DNA of 64,000 nucleotides. Origin: Lingula anatina (taxonomy: Eukaryota > Animalia > Brachiopoda). This document shows positions 43,719 through 56,000 of the stretch, in pieces (position 1 is the first letter of the stretch; each line of letters begins with the position of its first letter). The notes under the pieces were generated by a model. That model searched no databases. It saw only the letters and a program-made list of their open reading frames with translations, and was not told the origin of the DNA. Location of the stretch: the NCBI GenBank assembly GCA_051362555.1, contig CM120640.1, positions 57,328,788-57,392,787 of the forward strand. The letters are read 5' to 3'. The position numbers and the translations under genes are program-made.

Positions 43719-46700
43719 ATAGCGGCTGGTAAGGGACATTGAAACCCTTGGACTCTAAAGTGAGATCCGTTTCTTACACTCACTCAATAGAAAGACTTAA
43801 AACGCAATTTTGTGAGCCACTTACTTTTTATAGATAAAACAAACATTAAATATATTTTTCGTCAATAATGTCGAAATCCGCAAGAAAATTTAGATCTTTC
43901 AGAGATGATGTTAGTAAAGCTCATTTTGAACGATTTCTCTGCTGTGTTGGAAAACTTATAGCTAGGTGTGTTGAAAATGGCTTCGTTTAAAGAGGTCCTA
44001 GGTTTGATGTTTCTAGGATCTGTATTCCTTTACATACAAATGATTAAGACGTTTGATACGTGGATCCTGTTGTGTATTAGGTTATAATTTTTGATGTCTG
44101 AGTTACTTTTACACACCTCAATAAATTCTACGAAAACACTGAAAAAATATAATTTATATTTATTAAAATCGTCTCCCTTGTTTTCTCTATGGCTGTGGAA
44201 CATACGTTACATTGTGGTCTGCGAAGGATGCGAGGCATATTTGGTATTGTACCCAATACACTGAAAAAATTGCAAGTTTCGATGAAATTTAAATTCACGG
44301 AGAATATGACCAGTGGTAGATAACTTTTAGGAAACAGAGTTTTCAACTTTCTATACAATTGGCAATAACTGCTATTGAAGTAGTCTTCTACATGGACAGT
44401 GTAAAGAAAAATGATCTTTAGTTTGAAAGTTATTTTCCTAGATCTAGTCAAACCAAATGTGTTTTTCTTTCACTTTTCCATTATTAATGACTTATAGGGT
44501 TCTGAAAGTGTGTAGTTTGCACAAATTTCCACAGCGTTCAACTAATGATCGGAATTTATATTAGGCGATTCAGCGGTAACGTATGTTCTTTCTTACACTT
44601 TTTTACTTGAAACGGCCGTCGCTTTATTTGCTTAGAAAACAAAAACACGTGGGCGTAAAATAGAGACATTTGTGGATTTGTGTTCTATAGACATGTAAGT
44701 TTTGAAAAATTGGATAATACATCGAATTCATTCAATTTCATTTTTTGAGACTTGAACTTGTGAAATGCACCTCTATATTGGGTTTGGGTGTTATACTAAT
44801 TAATTGATAAGCTATTAGTTTATTCTTTCCAAGTAGACCATATGGTTCCAGCTGATTAGTGCGTTCAGTTGATTAATTTAGACGTCATTACACATCCTAT
44901 TAAACGGCGTTCACCCAAGTCATAACGAGAATATTTTTCAGTTTATCAAACAGTTCATTTCTCTTCATTTTCGCATCATTTTACGCATTTTATGCCATGA
45001 CTTATTCAGAATGAGTCTTAACACTGATGTACAATTAAGTTTTTTTTAAGTTTTAAATTTTGTACAATTTTGAGATCCCCTAAGGGGTTGCTAGTCCGAC
45101 TGTACACGTAACTTCGCACAGATGTGCTGGTATTGGACTGTGCCGAAATCAAATATGATTTTTTTCTTGATGATGTCAATAGAATAAGTCTATAAAAATA
45201 AAAAATAATGAATCATATGCACGTTGTTTCTCTTTCCTGTTTTTTCCATCGTCATCCTGTACTGGGATATGAAGTTGACAGCAACACACGAGTTAGGAAG
45301 TGTGGTTGAAATGGCGGGCTGCTGATATGGAAGTTTAATATCCTCTTGTCTGCTATCAAACATTGCGAATAGCTTCTCAAGGATATTGCACATTTGTCAA
45401 CGTGCACACCATTTTTTGTGTGAAGAAAGAGTTCGATTATGATCAGATCAAAAGTGGCTAAAATGAAATCAATATATTACAAACTTGTCTATAAGGAAAA
45501 CATATAATGACCAACTTCAGATGAACGTAAGAGTGGCTCCAGCACTCAACGGGTATTATTAATGTAACACTAGCACAGTTATGAATTTGCGGAAATATTC
45601 AAGCTCACATCTCATGATATTATGGTTCTTCAATATCTGCACTTAAGACAAAGACCTAATCATTTCACTGATGAAGCCTATGTGTTTAAGACCCACGTGA
45701 CACTAATGAGTCCCCATATTACAGTAGGAACTGAAGGTTACACAGTAATCAAGAGTATCATCGAGTACAATTCTAACATTAGTATCCATGTGAAATTTAT
45801 GCTGAGGATACTCTGAATTATGTATGTTATTTCTTCTGGCGACGGTGCCGATGTTATCAGAGCTCCTTTGACCTGTGGTCAGGTGGTGAGAGGGGAAAAA
45901 GGGCCCCACCACCACACCTGTCTTCTCAATCAGAGCAGGCTCACTGGCGCACAGGTGCGTTCCAGTGGTTTTAACAGGCTTCCTACCTAAGATTGCGATC
46001 TTAATTGTTGTTGTAAAGACAGGTCATCTTTGAGGTGAATAAGGTCATCTATTAGCGATAAGGCGTCTCATGTCACCGAGGACCATTGTTGTATGTTAAA
46101 ATAGCTGTTCTTTGCACAAACTGCCAAGCAGTGCCGATATCTTGAAGAATGCCGAATGTTTTAATGGATCTTTATGTCATGTTAAAACCAATCCACCTTT
46201 TATGAGATTGAGCTTGGCGCTTTATCTTTCACGAATTGTTAGCATGCGTTGTCTGAAAATATCTTATATAGATAATTTATTTCCAAATTCGATAAAAGAG
46301 CATTTCGTGTATATTGGCTATTACAATTGGGGTCGAGTCCCGTACGTCATCTGCATTTGTTGGTGGTAGGCTTATAAAACCTGTTACGTTAAAATACCTC
46401 CAAAACTACAGACTGTTTTACGTTCTATTTGGTTTTATAAAAAAGAAGAGGATATACCATCAAGGCTCTCGAGGAATTTTCGCCTCGTACACCATGTTTA
46501 ATGAAAAGCGCCCTGCTTAAAATATTTATATTGTCAATTTTCATAAGTACTTTTTCAATCATGAAAAAGTATGCGATTTGACCGACGTTGATTGTTAATC
46601 GAATGTCTGTTGTTGCAAGTAAAATATCCTGTTTCCCACCGACATGACCGTCAGCTGGTGGGTTTCCCAAGTGATCTTCACGTTGTCCTCGGTCCCATGA

Positions 46701-46987
46701 GAAACAGTTGGGGCATATGCTATATCATATTATATTGACTGAGAAAATCAATACAGTAACCGGTTAAAGTCAACAGAAGAGTCAGAAGCAGTCTCGGTAA
46801 TCTTACTGTATAAATATGACCAAGTAATCTTGTCATCGGGCTAACTGAGAAAACAAATTATGAACATTTTCACCTTCATATATAGTATATGGGGAAACGT
46901 TTGTGAACGTTTTTATTATCTAAAACCTCATTCAAAACTGTATTCATGAAAATGATAACAACCAACAAGTCAACCTCTCACCATGTA

Positions 46988-47026
<39 letters not shown>

Positions 47027-50000
47027 AAAGGCACTTAATAATATACAAGCTCTCTCACTCCCTTGCTATGCCTCTCTGTCTCTCTCTCTCTCTGGTTTTC
47101 GATTAACATGCATTCAAGGTGGGCCACGCCGCTAAAGCCGACAGGTGCAGCGCGGCAAAGGGAACACAAAAACCTGAAAAGATACAAACATGGCTGTGAA
47201 TAGAAATCTAACAACCACCAGGGGCAAAAGGTACGCACAACATTGTTCAGTAGTGTTAACCGTAATATTGATTGACTACAGGCCGTTTTCTTCACTTTTC
47301 TGTGTCGATGAAAGCGACGAATTAAATATGTAAATAACCGTGTTTCACTTTTCACAAGATCACGCACAGTGGGCGAATGGTCCTCTGATCTTTTCACCCG
47401 ACATTCACCTTCGCTGTGTTGTTCCCTTGTCAATCTTTTGGCAAATTTCTCGCCTCTTTTTCCGTGAAATGTACAAAAAATAATCTTATGTTGTGCTGCT
47501 GTGTGAAAATAATTCTAAAAATTGCACCTCTAAAATTTCCCCTAAGATATACACAAAATATATAATATTCGGAATTTGTTAAATACCTTAACAGTGAGTT
47601 TCAAGAAATGAATTTTTTTTGTCTATCGTTATTGATGCAATGCGATACAAGAAAATGTAACAAAACCCACTTGCTATCATCAAATGTCTAAAATCACGAC
47701 ACGGTCGCAACATCACATGACGAGACCCCTCTGGTGCAAAGTATAAAAGAAAGAAGTAAGTTGAATTGCATGAATAGAAACAAGGTTATATATCAAATTT
47801 CCCGACCAATTAAGTGCTATTATCAATTTTGCTTAGCAGAAATTGTTTATTTTTTATCACATGTTATGGAAATATTGACGCATGATTCCCCCTATAAACC
47901 TGTGTAATTGAGCATATCCTGAATATTTTCCCAAGCATTAGTTGTGACAGTGTTGTCATTGCTAACCCAGTCGAGACAGCAGATATAATTTTGATACAAT
48001 TGCACACCTGCAAAATTTTGATATCAATTACGACCGACGTCTCATTATTTGACCCCGCGTGGCATTTGGAGAAGGCGCAACCGTCTTGTGTCCTTTTTAC
48101 CAGCTCTTCGCTGGTGACAGCAACTGGCACCTGCATGTATTGTGTGTTTTTTCCTTGCATTTTAGAATGGTTAAATTCTATTCGAGCAATAGTTTATGGT
48201 ATTTCGGGCTTCTCTGTTAAATAACCAATGCATTTTCACAGTAAAAGTAGCTAACGGTAGTGACCCCCCCCATACACATATGCGAATTATCCTAACCCCC
48301 CACATTAAAGGATTGTTCATTTTTGGGGTGTTTTGCTCACAGGTGTATAATAGGAAATTAGTCTCTTAACATCAACAGCTGGTGATATAAATTAAACTTC
48401 ATTAAAAAATCGAAAGATGCGTCCTTCAAATGCCTCCTATTCAAATGTTCAAGTAGTGGGGGCTTATGCACGCATTTAACACGTCACAATTTTTTTAGTG
48501 TGACAGGGAAAGTAACCCTTTTGCACTTCAGCAGCTCGGGATTTTCTGTAAGCGGCATATACAAAATTCTTGAAACTACTATGTGAAACTGCGACAAATA
48601 CATCAGAGGTCAAGATAAAGCCAGAATGTCGCATAATGACCTGTCGAAACTTTCCCTGTGCCGAAATGTTAGGAAATTTAATCGTTATGTTACACATTTC
48701 CTGCAGGTGGGCAAACGAAGGTGCTATTTCTTTACTAAGTCTAAGTTTCGTTCGTAAGTAATTAAAAGCTGATCAAAGGATCGAATAACTTCTTACCCTA
48801 CAAGAAGATTCAGTTTCTGCGTTAATGGCCAGGTGTATAAATAACGCGGTCTTAATTGTTGACTTACTTACACACAAAGTGAATGGGCACTAGAAAACAC
48901 TTTCAAGTTCGCAGATTATGCCGTCCGGCACGAAGAAATGTCAACTGAAAGAAGACACGTTGTATCACCTGACAAAGTAGCTGTTTTACCTCCCACCCTC
49001 TGAGCTGGAGGACATGATGAATCAAGTCGTATGTCAGAGCGATGGATGTAGATAAAACAAAAGCGGTGCAATAAATTTACAGGAAATCCCCTTTCAATCT
49101 ACGCAACTGTGTTAGGTCACGTACTAGAGGGCTGGGAAAGGAAACGGGTAGAGAAATATATATTTCATTCAGGAAACAGAACCGCCCACCTGTATACCTA
49201 AATATCCCAACTCGTTACGAGTCATTTTAAAAGTAAAAGCTCTGTCACATATTGGAATCTTAAAATATAATTATCTGTTTACTTATTCCACCAAATTTAA
49301 GAGTTCTGAACACGGAGCTGTAATAAATACTATTTCCACACAAACTGGTGGGCAGTTCTCCGCTCATCGTGTCAATGATCAAGTACATTAATCTTATTTG
49401 ATGTATTTAGAAGTCAATGTCTGGTCTAAAATGGACTCTTGCATATATACAGTATGTTTTTGCAGAATTCTACATAAAAGCCATCGTTGGATGGATAACA
49501 AAGTGGATGTTTTCACCATTACAGAGAATGTTCACCAAATCACTATTTGCCCTCACCGCCCCCCATCCCCGCCTACATACACGGCTACTTCTGTGCAAAT
49601 ATATGATAAGTGATGAACTGAGGAAAACATATAGTCTACTTTGACCTAATATTCAGTAAACAGAGACGTATGCCAGGACTTTGACATGGACAGGTGTGTT
49701 TGTGTAATATACAGAGTAGGATGCCACATTTTGCCACAAACAACAACAACACATCATGTAAACATGCCATGTTAGTGCTATATACCTAAGTGATTGAAGA
49801 TTACTAAAGGTCGGTTGACCAGTGTCAGGAATATACCTTACGGTATTGTTTAGGATATTCTGATGTCTACGAAACCAAGGCGCGACCCTTTTTCATCCAA
49901 ACCGAACGGAACCTTTACAATTTTGTTGTCACGCAAGAGAAATGAGAAATGATGGCCTAGAATTTCTCCAACTTATGTCAGCAAACATGTGTCATAAAGC

Positions 50001-50798
50001 ATTGGTCATGCTTGTCCGCTTCCTTTCTTACCCGTACACAATCTAAATACAAAACGATTAATCTTTTCTGTCATTTTCAGTGTCAGTCATATCTGTCATC
50101 TCTTATGCATTACGACGACAGAGGCCTCTTTAAACATATTAATAAGCAATTTTAAAGTGTTTTACACGAGCCTAGCACGATAACAGGGGAAATCATTTGT
50201 TTGCGTTTCCGAACTTTGCAGAAAATACCACAAATCCAACCGTTATACATAAAGATACATGTAATTGGTACGAAAAAAAGCACGCTTGCTTACAATATTT
50301 CTATTTTTCAAATACCCAGTTGTTTGGGGACTCTGCTCATGTTAGGCGACAGTTATTTATTTCGTAATACCATTCTTTTAAGTTTAATATTTTAAGTTTT
50401 CGATTAAAATCCCCAGGACGGCATTCGAGTAGAAACAAAAATTTATGATAGATTTCCTAACTCAAAGAATAAAAATATTCGTAGGTTCCAAAGTAAATAA
50501 AATAATATTATAAATATTGAAAAAAAATCTTGCAAATACGAAATTGTGCCGGAAAGGTTTTTTTTACATGATTAAGAGACAAGGACCGTAGGCCTAATGT
50601 GATGATAGCATTGTCTGTATAAAGAATCTATGACTATGATGATCGAAAAAATTTTACTAAAAAAACTAAATTTTAAGCGTTGTATGATATTTCCCCTCTG
50701 TCATAAAGCAAGTGTTCAAGTGATCTTAAGACCTTTAGAAGTACCGAAACATTGGCATGTTAGTTTTGGTTCATTTCCAATGAAACTATTGTTCTACG

Positions 50799-53058
50799 TA
50801 GATTGATCCAAGAAGTTATAAAGAGAAGGAGTAGAAACAAGGGGTTTCCTTTCATCCTATCCTCGTAACGGGCTTAATCCTAATAATTACCCAGCTGGTG
50901 GTCTTAGGGAGAGCTTGTGCCTAATACATATGCAAGAGACCGTCCACGTGGGTTGCTTCAGCCAATTGGGATAAACCCTCGCGAAGTTTCTAATAATCTC
51001 ACAGAGAAAACATGGTGGGATTACAGAAAGGTGTAGAGAGAGATTTCAAGCCTGGACGCAAACATTTTGGAAAATAAAACTCAAATCATGCGAGATACAC
51101 CTTCATTTGATCTAGGGCCGATTAGTTATACAAAAATTAGTTTCACATCAAGAATGTATGAGAACAATTTCACAAACCCACCTTCAACGCTAAAATTTGC
51201 ACCTGTAGAAGTCTCATATTTATTTTAAATTCTTTTTGTCGTGTAAAGGCGTGTAAAGGAAATTTACCTTCATCCAGGAATGACACATTCAATTTACAGC
51301 CGTGTACACAAAACAGTAGTACTTGCAATTTCCGTATGCCAGCCTCGTTTCTTTTTCTTTTGGCACATTATTGCTTATATACCAAGTAGAGCTTAAACAG
51401 GAAAATTGGGGAAATGAAAATAAGTTATTGCACTAAGTATGATTCTAAATAAAATTTCATTAATACATATTTTTGTTTAACTCTTTGTCTATTACAGGAG
51501 GCCAACTAATAGTAGACTGATAGTTTAAATTCATTAGAAGAAAAAATCAAAGAAATATTTTTATTGATTGATATTGCTTTATTTCAACATTCGAGCAACT
51601 TGTATAATATCTATAACAAAGTACCAGCAATGAAAATATGTCAATATTGTTACACCCAACAGTGATTAAAGCAATACAAAAATGGTTAGTTTTTATTTTG
51701 ATGTGGTGATTATTTTATTTTATACTTTAGACAATTAGCCAGTTAACACTAAATTCCCTTTTAAAACTTGGACCACTAAATTCCCTTTTAAAACTTGCAC
51801 CTCTTGTGCACTATAGTTTAATATTAGTGGCGGTAAGAAAACAGAGCCTTGTGCCTCATCAAGTTGCTGCTGGAAACAATCATTTTGACTGTTCAATTAT
51901 GGCTACTTGTACATCTGCCAGCAAAACTAAAGATCTTTCACCTGCATTCTCTTCAACCTGAAATGAGTAAGTGCGGAATTCATTATAAAATGTAACTCTA
52001 TATCCTAAACGAAACTCTGCAAACATCATATTGCAATAAAAAATTGAAAAAAAATTCCGAGAGTTCCCTGTCATCAAATTTTGAAAAAGTCCCATTGAAA
52101 AGTTGTTTATTTGAAACGATGTTTTTCATCTAAAGGATTGATTCATTTAATATCACAATGTTATATTGTAATGGTGCGCGTGCTTAACTAACCAGAAAAA
52201 CATAAATTATGTGCTTACACCACGTTAAAATTACCAAGAATTGTCCCAAACTGTCACCCAACTGTCTCTAACCAATTTAGGGACCCGCCATTTTGAAAAA
52301 GTCGGATGAAAAGTTGTCTATTTGAAACGATGTTTTTTATCTAAAGGATTGATTCATTTAATACCAAAGTGATGTATTGTAATGATGCACATGCTTAACT
52401 AACCAGAAAAACATAAATTATGTGCTTACATCACGTTAAAATTACCAAAAATTGTCCCAAACTGTCACCCAACTGTCTCTAACCAATTTAGGGACCCGCC
52501 ATTTTGAAAAAGTCGGACGAATAGTTGTCTATTTGAAACGATGTTTTTCATCTAAAGGATTAATTCATTTAATACCAAAGTGATGTATTGTAATGATGCA
52601 CGTGCTTAACTAACCAGAAAAACATAAATTATGTGCATACATCACGCACTTAAGAAGAAAAAAGTCCTAAACATGGAGGTCCCGCTGAATCGGCCTCAGA
52701 TCTTCGAGCTAACGCTGCTTTCTGCACAGGCAAATTTGACTGACAGCCACCGTATGAACATAAAACAATGCTCAAAGCAGATTATCAACTCTCACTTACT
52801 TTTATATCGCTCGACTTGGCGTTTTTCTACGTATAACTTCCAAATATTCGCATTAAACATGAATAAATCAAGACGTATACGCACTGGTTCAGCTTCTCCG
52901 TCTTGAGTCACGCGGAGGCGAGTGGAGGATTAGACCAGTTACGAGGATCGAATTTCAAAGGACGCCGCTTTGAAAAGAATGCTGCGATCTGATTGGACGA
53001 GAGAGATAATTGATGTCCCGTTTCTACTCCTTCTCATTATAACTTCTTGATTGATCTA
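50799..53058. mobile_element. Degenerate non-autonomous DNA transposon with TAG...CTA termini (Academ-like)
   Basis: Imperfect ~40-bp TIR: TAGATTGATCCAAGAAGTTATAAGAGAAGGAGTAGAAAC vs GTTTCTACTCCTTCTCATTATAACTTCTTGATTGATCTA. The flanks ACG/ACT match only partly, and there is no ORF. Confidence 0.55.
52079..52646 (+). repeat. ~211-bp tandem repeat, ~2.7 copies
   Basis: TTTTGAAAAAGTC recurs at 52079, 52291 and 52502 with high identity between units. CCGCCATTTT occurs at the unit junctions. Confidence 0.92.
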
Positions 53059-56000
53059 ACTCCAACTCGGATTAAAAGATAAACACGCCTCCTCCTGGCG
53101 TTGAGTAGAAGATACAGATAAGCTGGTGATTATACGGGCACGTTAGAAACAAGAGAAGCCGTGTTGATCTGTAAATCTGATTACATTCAGCGAGAATCCA
53201 CGCGGAATATGATCGATCTAAGTAGAACGATAGTTTCATTGGGAATGGGCCCCTAGACGGTATTCTAAGCCATAGTAACATTAACTTTTATGTGATATTT
53301 CCAATCCCAAAGTCAGCACAAATCTTTTATGAGATAATTGTAAATGATTAATGTTTTTTTTTGTTTAATTGTTTTTGGTTTTACATAATTAATAACTAAC
53401 ATTTATTTTCAAAAACTTTATCTTTTATATTTCATTTGAGTTGTTTACTGAGTGGTTAAGTAGAATGACACAACCAAAGTATTCAATAAGAAGGCAAAAT
53501 CGAAAACGCACACCAGTTTATTAATGCATGTACTTCATTAATGAAAGAGAAAGTCTCATTTTCTTACTAGTCCAGATAGAATTATTGATAGAGTTCAGAT
53601 TTGCCGTCTGCCGGACACAATGTCGGTAATATAAATCAAGTCCATCAGTAAACTTAATTTGAAATGTTATGTGAATACAATAAAATGAAATATACTTTGT
53701 GAAGGGCAACTGTAAATAAACGTTCAGTTCATGTAGATTCGCATAGTGTTCAACCGCTGGTAATACAAATCATAATGAAAATGTATGCACCTCGACTATA
53801 TTACTTAAGGCCTTTTATACACACACACACACATATATATATAAAGAAAATCTGATTATAGATATGAGGTTTAGTAATAACAGAATATTTGTAATTCATA
53901 AAATGGGTTTCTTTAACGGTTGGAGATGTAATCTGTTACAGCTAATAACTCAAATCAATTAAATGATTGTGTGTCAGCTTGAGCAGGGCAAAGCCGCATA
54001 TTGAAGACCGCATCTGCGCAGGTGTGTGCAGGTGTACGAACGTCACACACGTGCAGTCTGTGCGCGGCACACGTTGTCTTAATTACTCCTGGGGCGAATG
54101 CCTCATATTCTCTCTCTCATTTCTCCCACCTCCTAACAGCCATTTCCTCTTAGAGGTTATTTCATTAATATTTACATACGACAGTGCCTGACCTATTAAA
54201 ATTTAAATTCTCGGCTTTGTTATTACTTAATAGTAAGGCCATATATTGAGAGACAGAAAATACAGCAACGACAAGTACAAGAACGTTCTCTCGTCGTTTC
54301 ATTATAACTAAAAAGATTTTTCAAAACGAAAAAAATTACGAGTAAGGCCTACAAGCCTGACCAGCTTGCCCATTGTTTGAATATTCTTGTTTTCTGAATG
54401 AACATTCGCTTTTATCTAAGTGCATTCTGTGAACTACGATAGTTGGAACTCCCAAGAAAATGACAGAGTCAATTTTCCTCACCTGAGCAAAAGATATCGA
54501 TTTATTCATCATTCCTGGTAACGATCATTTAACCAGGGAAAATTTCATACTCGTGGGAAGTTCAATTTCTACGATAGCTTTCTGGAAATTCTGCTTGATT
54601 GATTGTAAAGGCAAAAAAAAAAAAAAAAAAAGGTTGTTGCGCCATTTTTCTTCGCCTCCTCTCTCTCTCTTAATTATATGAAATCACGTGATTTGGACTG
54701 ATAATGGCACTAATATAGAACTTTCGAACAAACTGTTGTTGGTGGACGAACCTTAGGCTATTTCCTTTCAGTTTATTTAGATGAACACTCTACATGAAAC
54801 ACAAATATGCAACTGCATCCACCCTACATTCCTGTTTACAGTTTTCTAAAAATGATACGTTAAATTCACAAGTTAAACTTTTGGGTTAATACATTTTTGT
54901 GTTTTCATGATAAAAGGTATAACGGTCGATGTAGCCCCGAATCTAAAAATAAAAAAAAAAGTCAAGCGCCTCACAGAAATTACAGCAGTAAATGGCCATG
55001 CGGGATTTAACAGTTATTATACATATAATCATCTCTAAGAACTTGATCTCAAATTGACAAAATCACGGCAATTGAGGTTATCCAAAGGGAAGTATATAGA
55101 GAGTTAATGGCGTGGGAAAATCCCCCTCTAACCACACGAAACAATTGTCCACCATAACGGGCAGCCGGAGCAAAGAGGGAATCACCTGCTTTAGTGTAAT
55201 ACCTGGATTAATGATGTGAAGGGCTGTTGTTGGTACTCTTAGACAACCTGTTTGAACATCTGTCTCAATGTATGCCAGCTAGTGCGAATTGTATGACAAA
55301 GCTGGGTGGCTGTAATGTTAGTTACACAAGAAACTCTCAAGGACTCACTTTGTCATTAACTTACTTAGTCTTGATGGTTGATTCTATACAGAAAAATAAC
55401 TTCAAATTTGACAGCATATAACGGATGTCCTGTAGAAATAAAGATAAAAGTCAGTTCTTTTTCTCCATGTGTGTTCAATCGTGTCATTGCTTATAATAAA
55501 AGACAATCCGTTTTGCGTATTAAACTTTTAATCTCAAATATCTTTTTATAGATTACAGACTCCAAATAAACATACATCATAACTAGTTTCTTAGATATAC
55601 GAGATGGGTCTAAATAACGTTTACTTCTCGTGAAGTATTGGACAAAAAATTAAGTGGTTGGTTGGGAGAACGCATTGCATATTTGCAATTTTTAAAATTC
55701 TTTTTTATATAACAGCTGAGCTGGAAAGGCCACGATTAATTTGGCTTTTAAATGGCCAGTCAGTCCGCCTCCAAAGAATGATATCTATGAAATATGAGCG
55801 ATTGAGATTTCCCCTAATTTGCAAGACTTGCGATACGAAGTGTCGAATGGGTGGGGGAAAGGCACTTGCAGAGAATCTTTTTTTATTATTTTATTTTATT
55901 TACGAAATAGCATATAAGACTCCATCATTTTTGTGAGCAGTCAATCAATCTACGCAAGTGCCTGTCCAGAGAGAACAGCGCATATTATGGCCTCCTTTCA

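Larger units (their letters stand above)
39878..44790 (+). mobile_element. Autonomous-looking Sola2-type DNA transposon (4913 bp)
   Basis: Perfect 25-bp TIR CACCCAAACCCAATATAGAGGTGCA (39878-39902 / 44766-44790) flanked by a 4-bp direct repeat TTAT (39874-39877, 44791-44794). It encloses one intact transposase ORF and repeated subterminal GAACATACGTTAC motifs. Confidence 0.9.

Noticed and set aside
41480-43739. Several antisense and alternate-frame ORFs within the transposase
   Set aside because: Shadow ORFs of a long coding sequence with no recognisable motifs.
39878-44790. Classification as Chapaev or Transib because of CAC termini
   Set aside because: The protein lacks a Chapa zinc finger or RAG1-like core and shows the Sola2-type DFAENY/xD/GHGKGPCDG pattern. 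The TSD is 4 bp, not the 5 bp of Transib.
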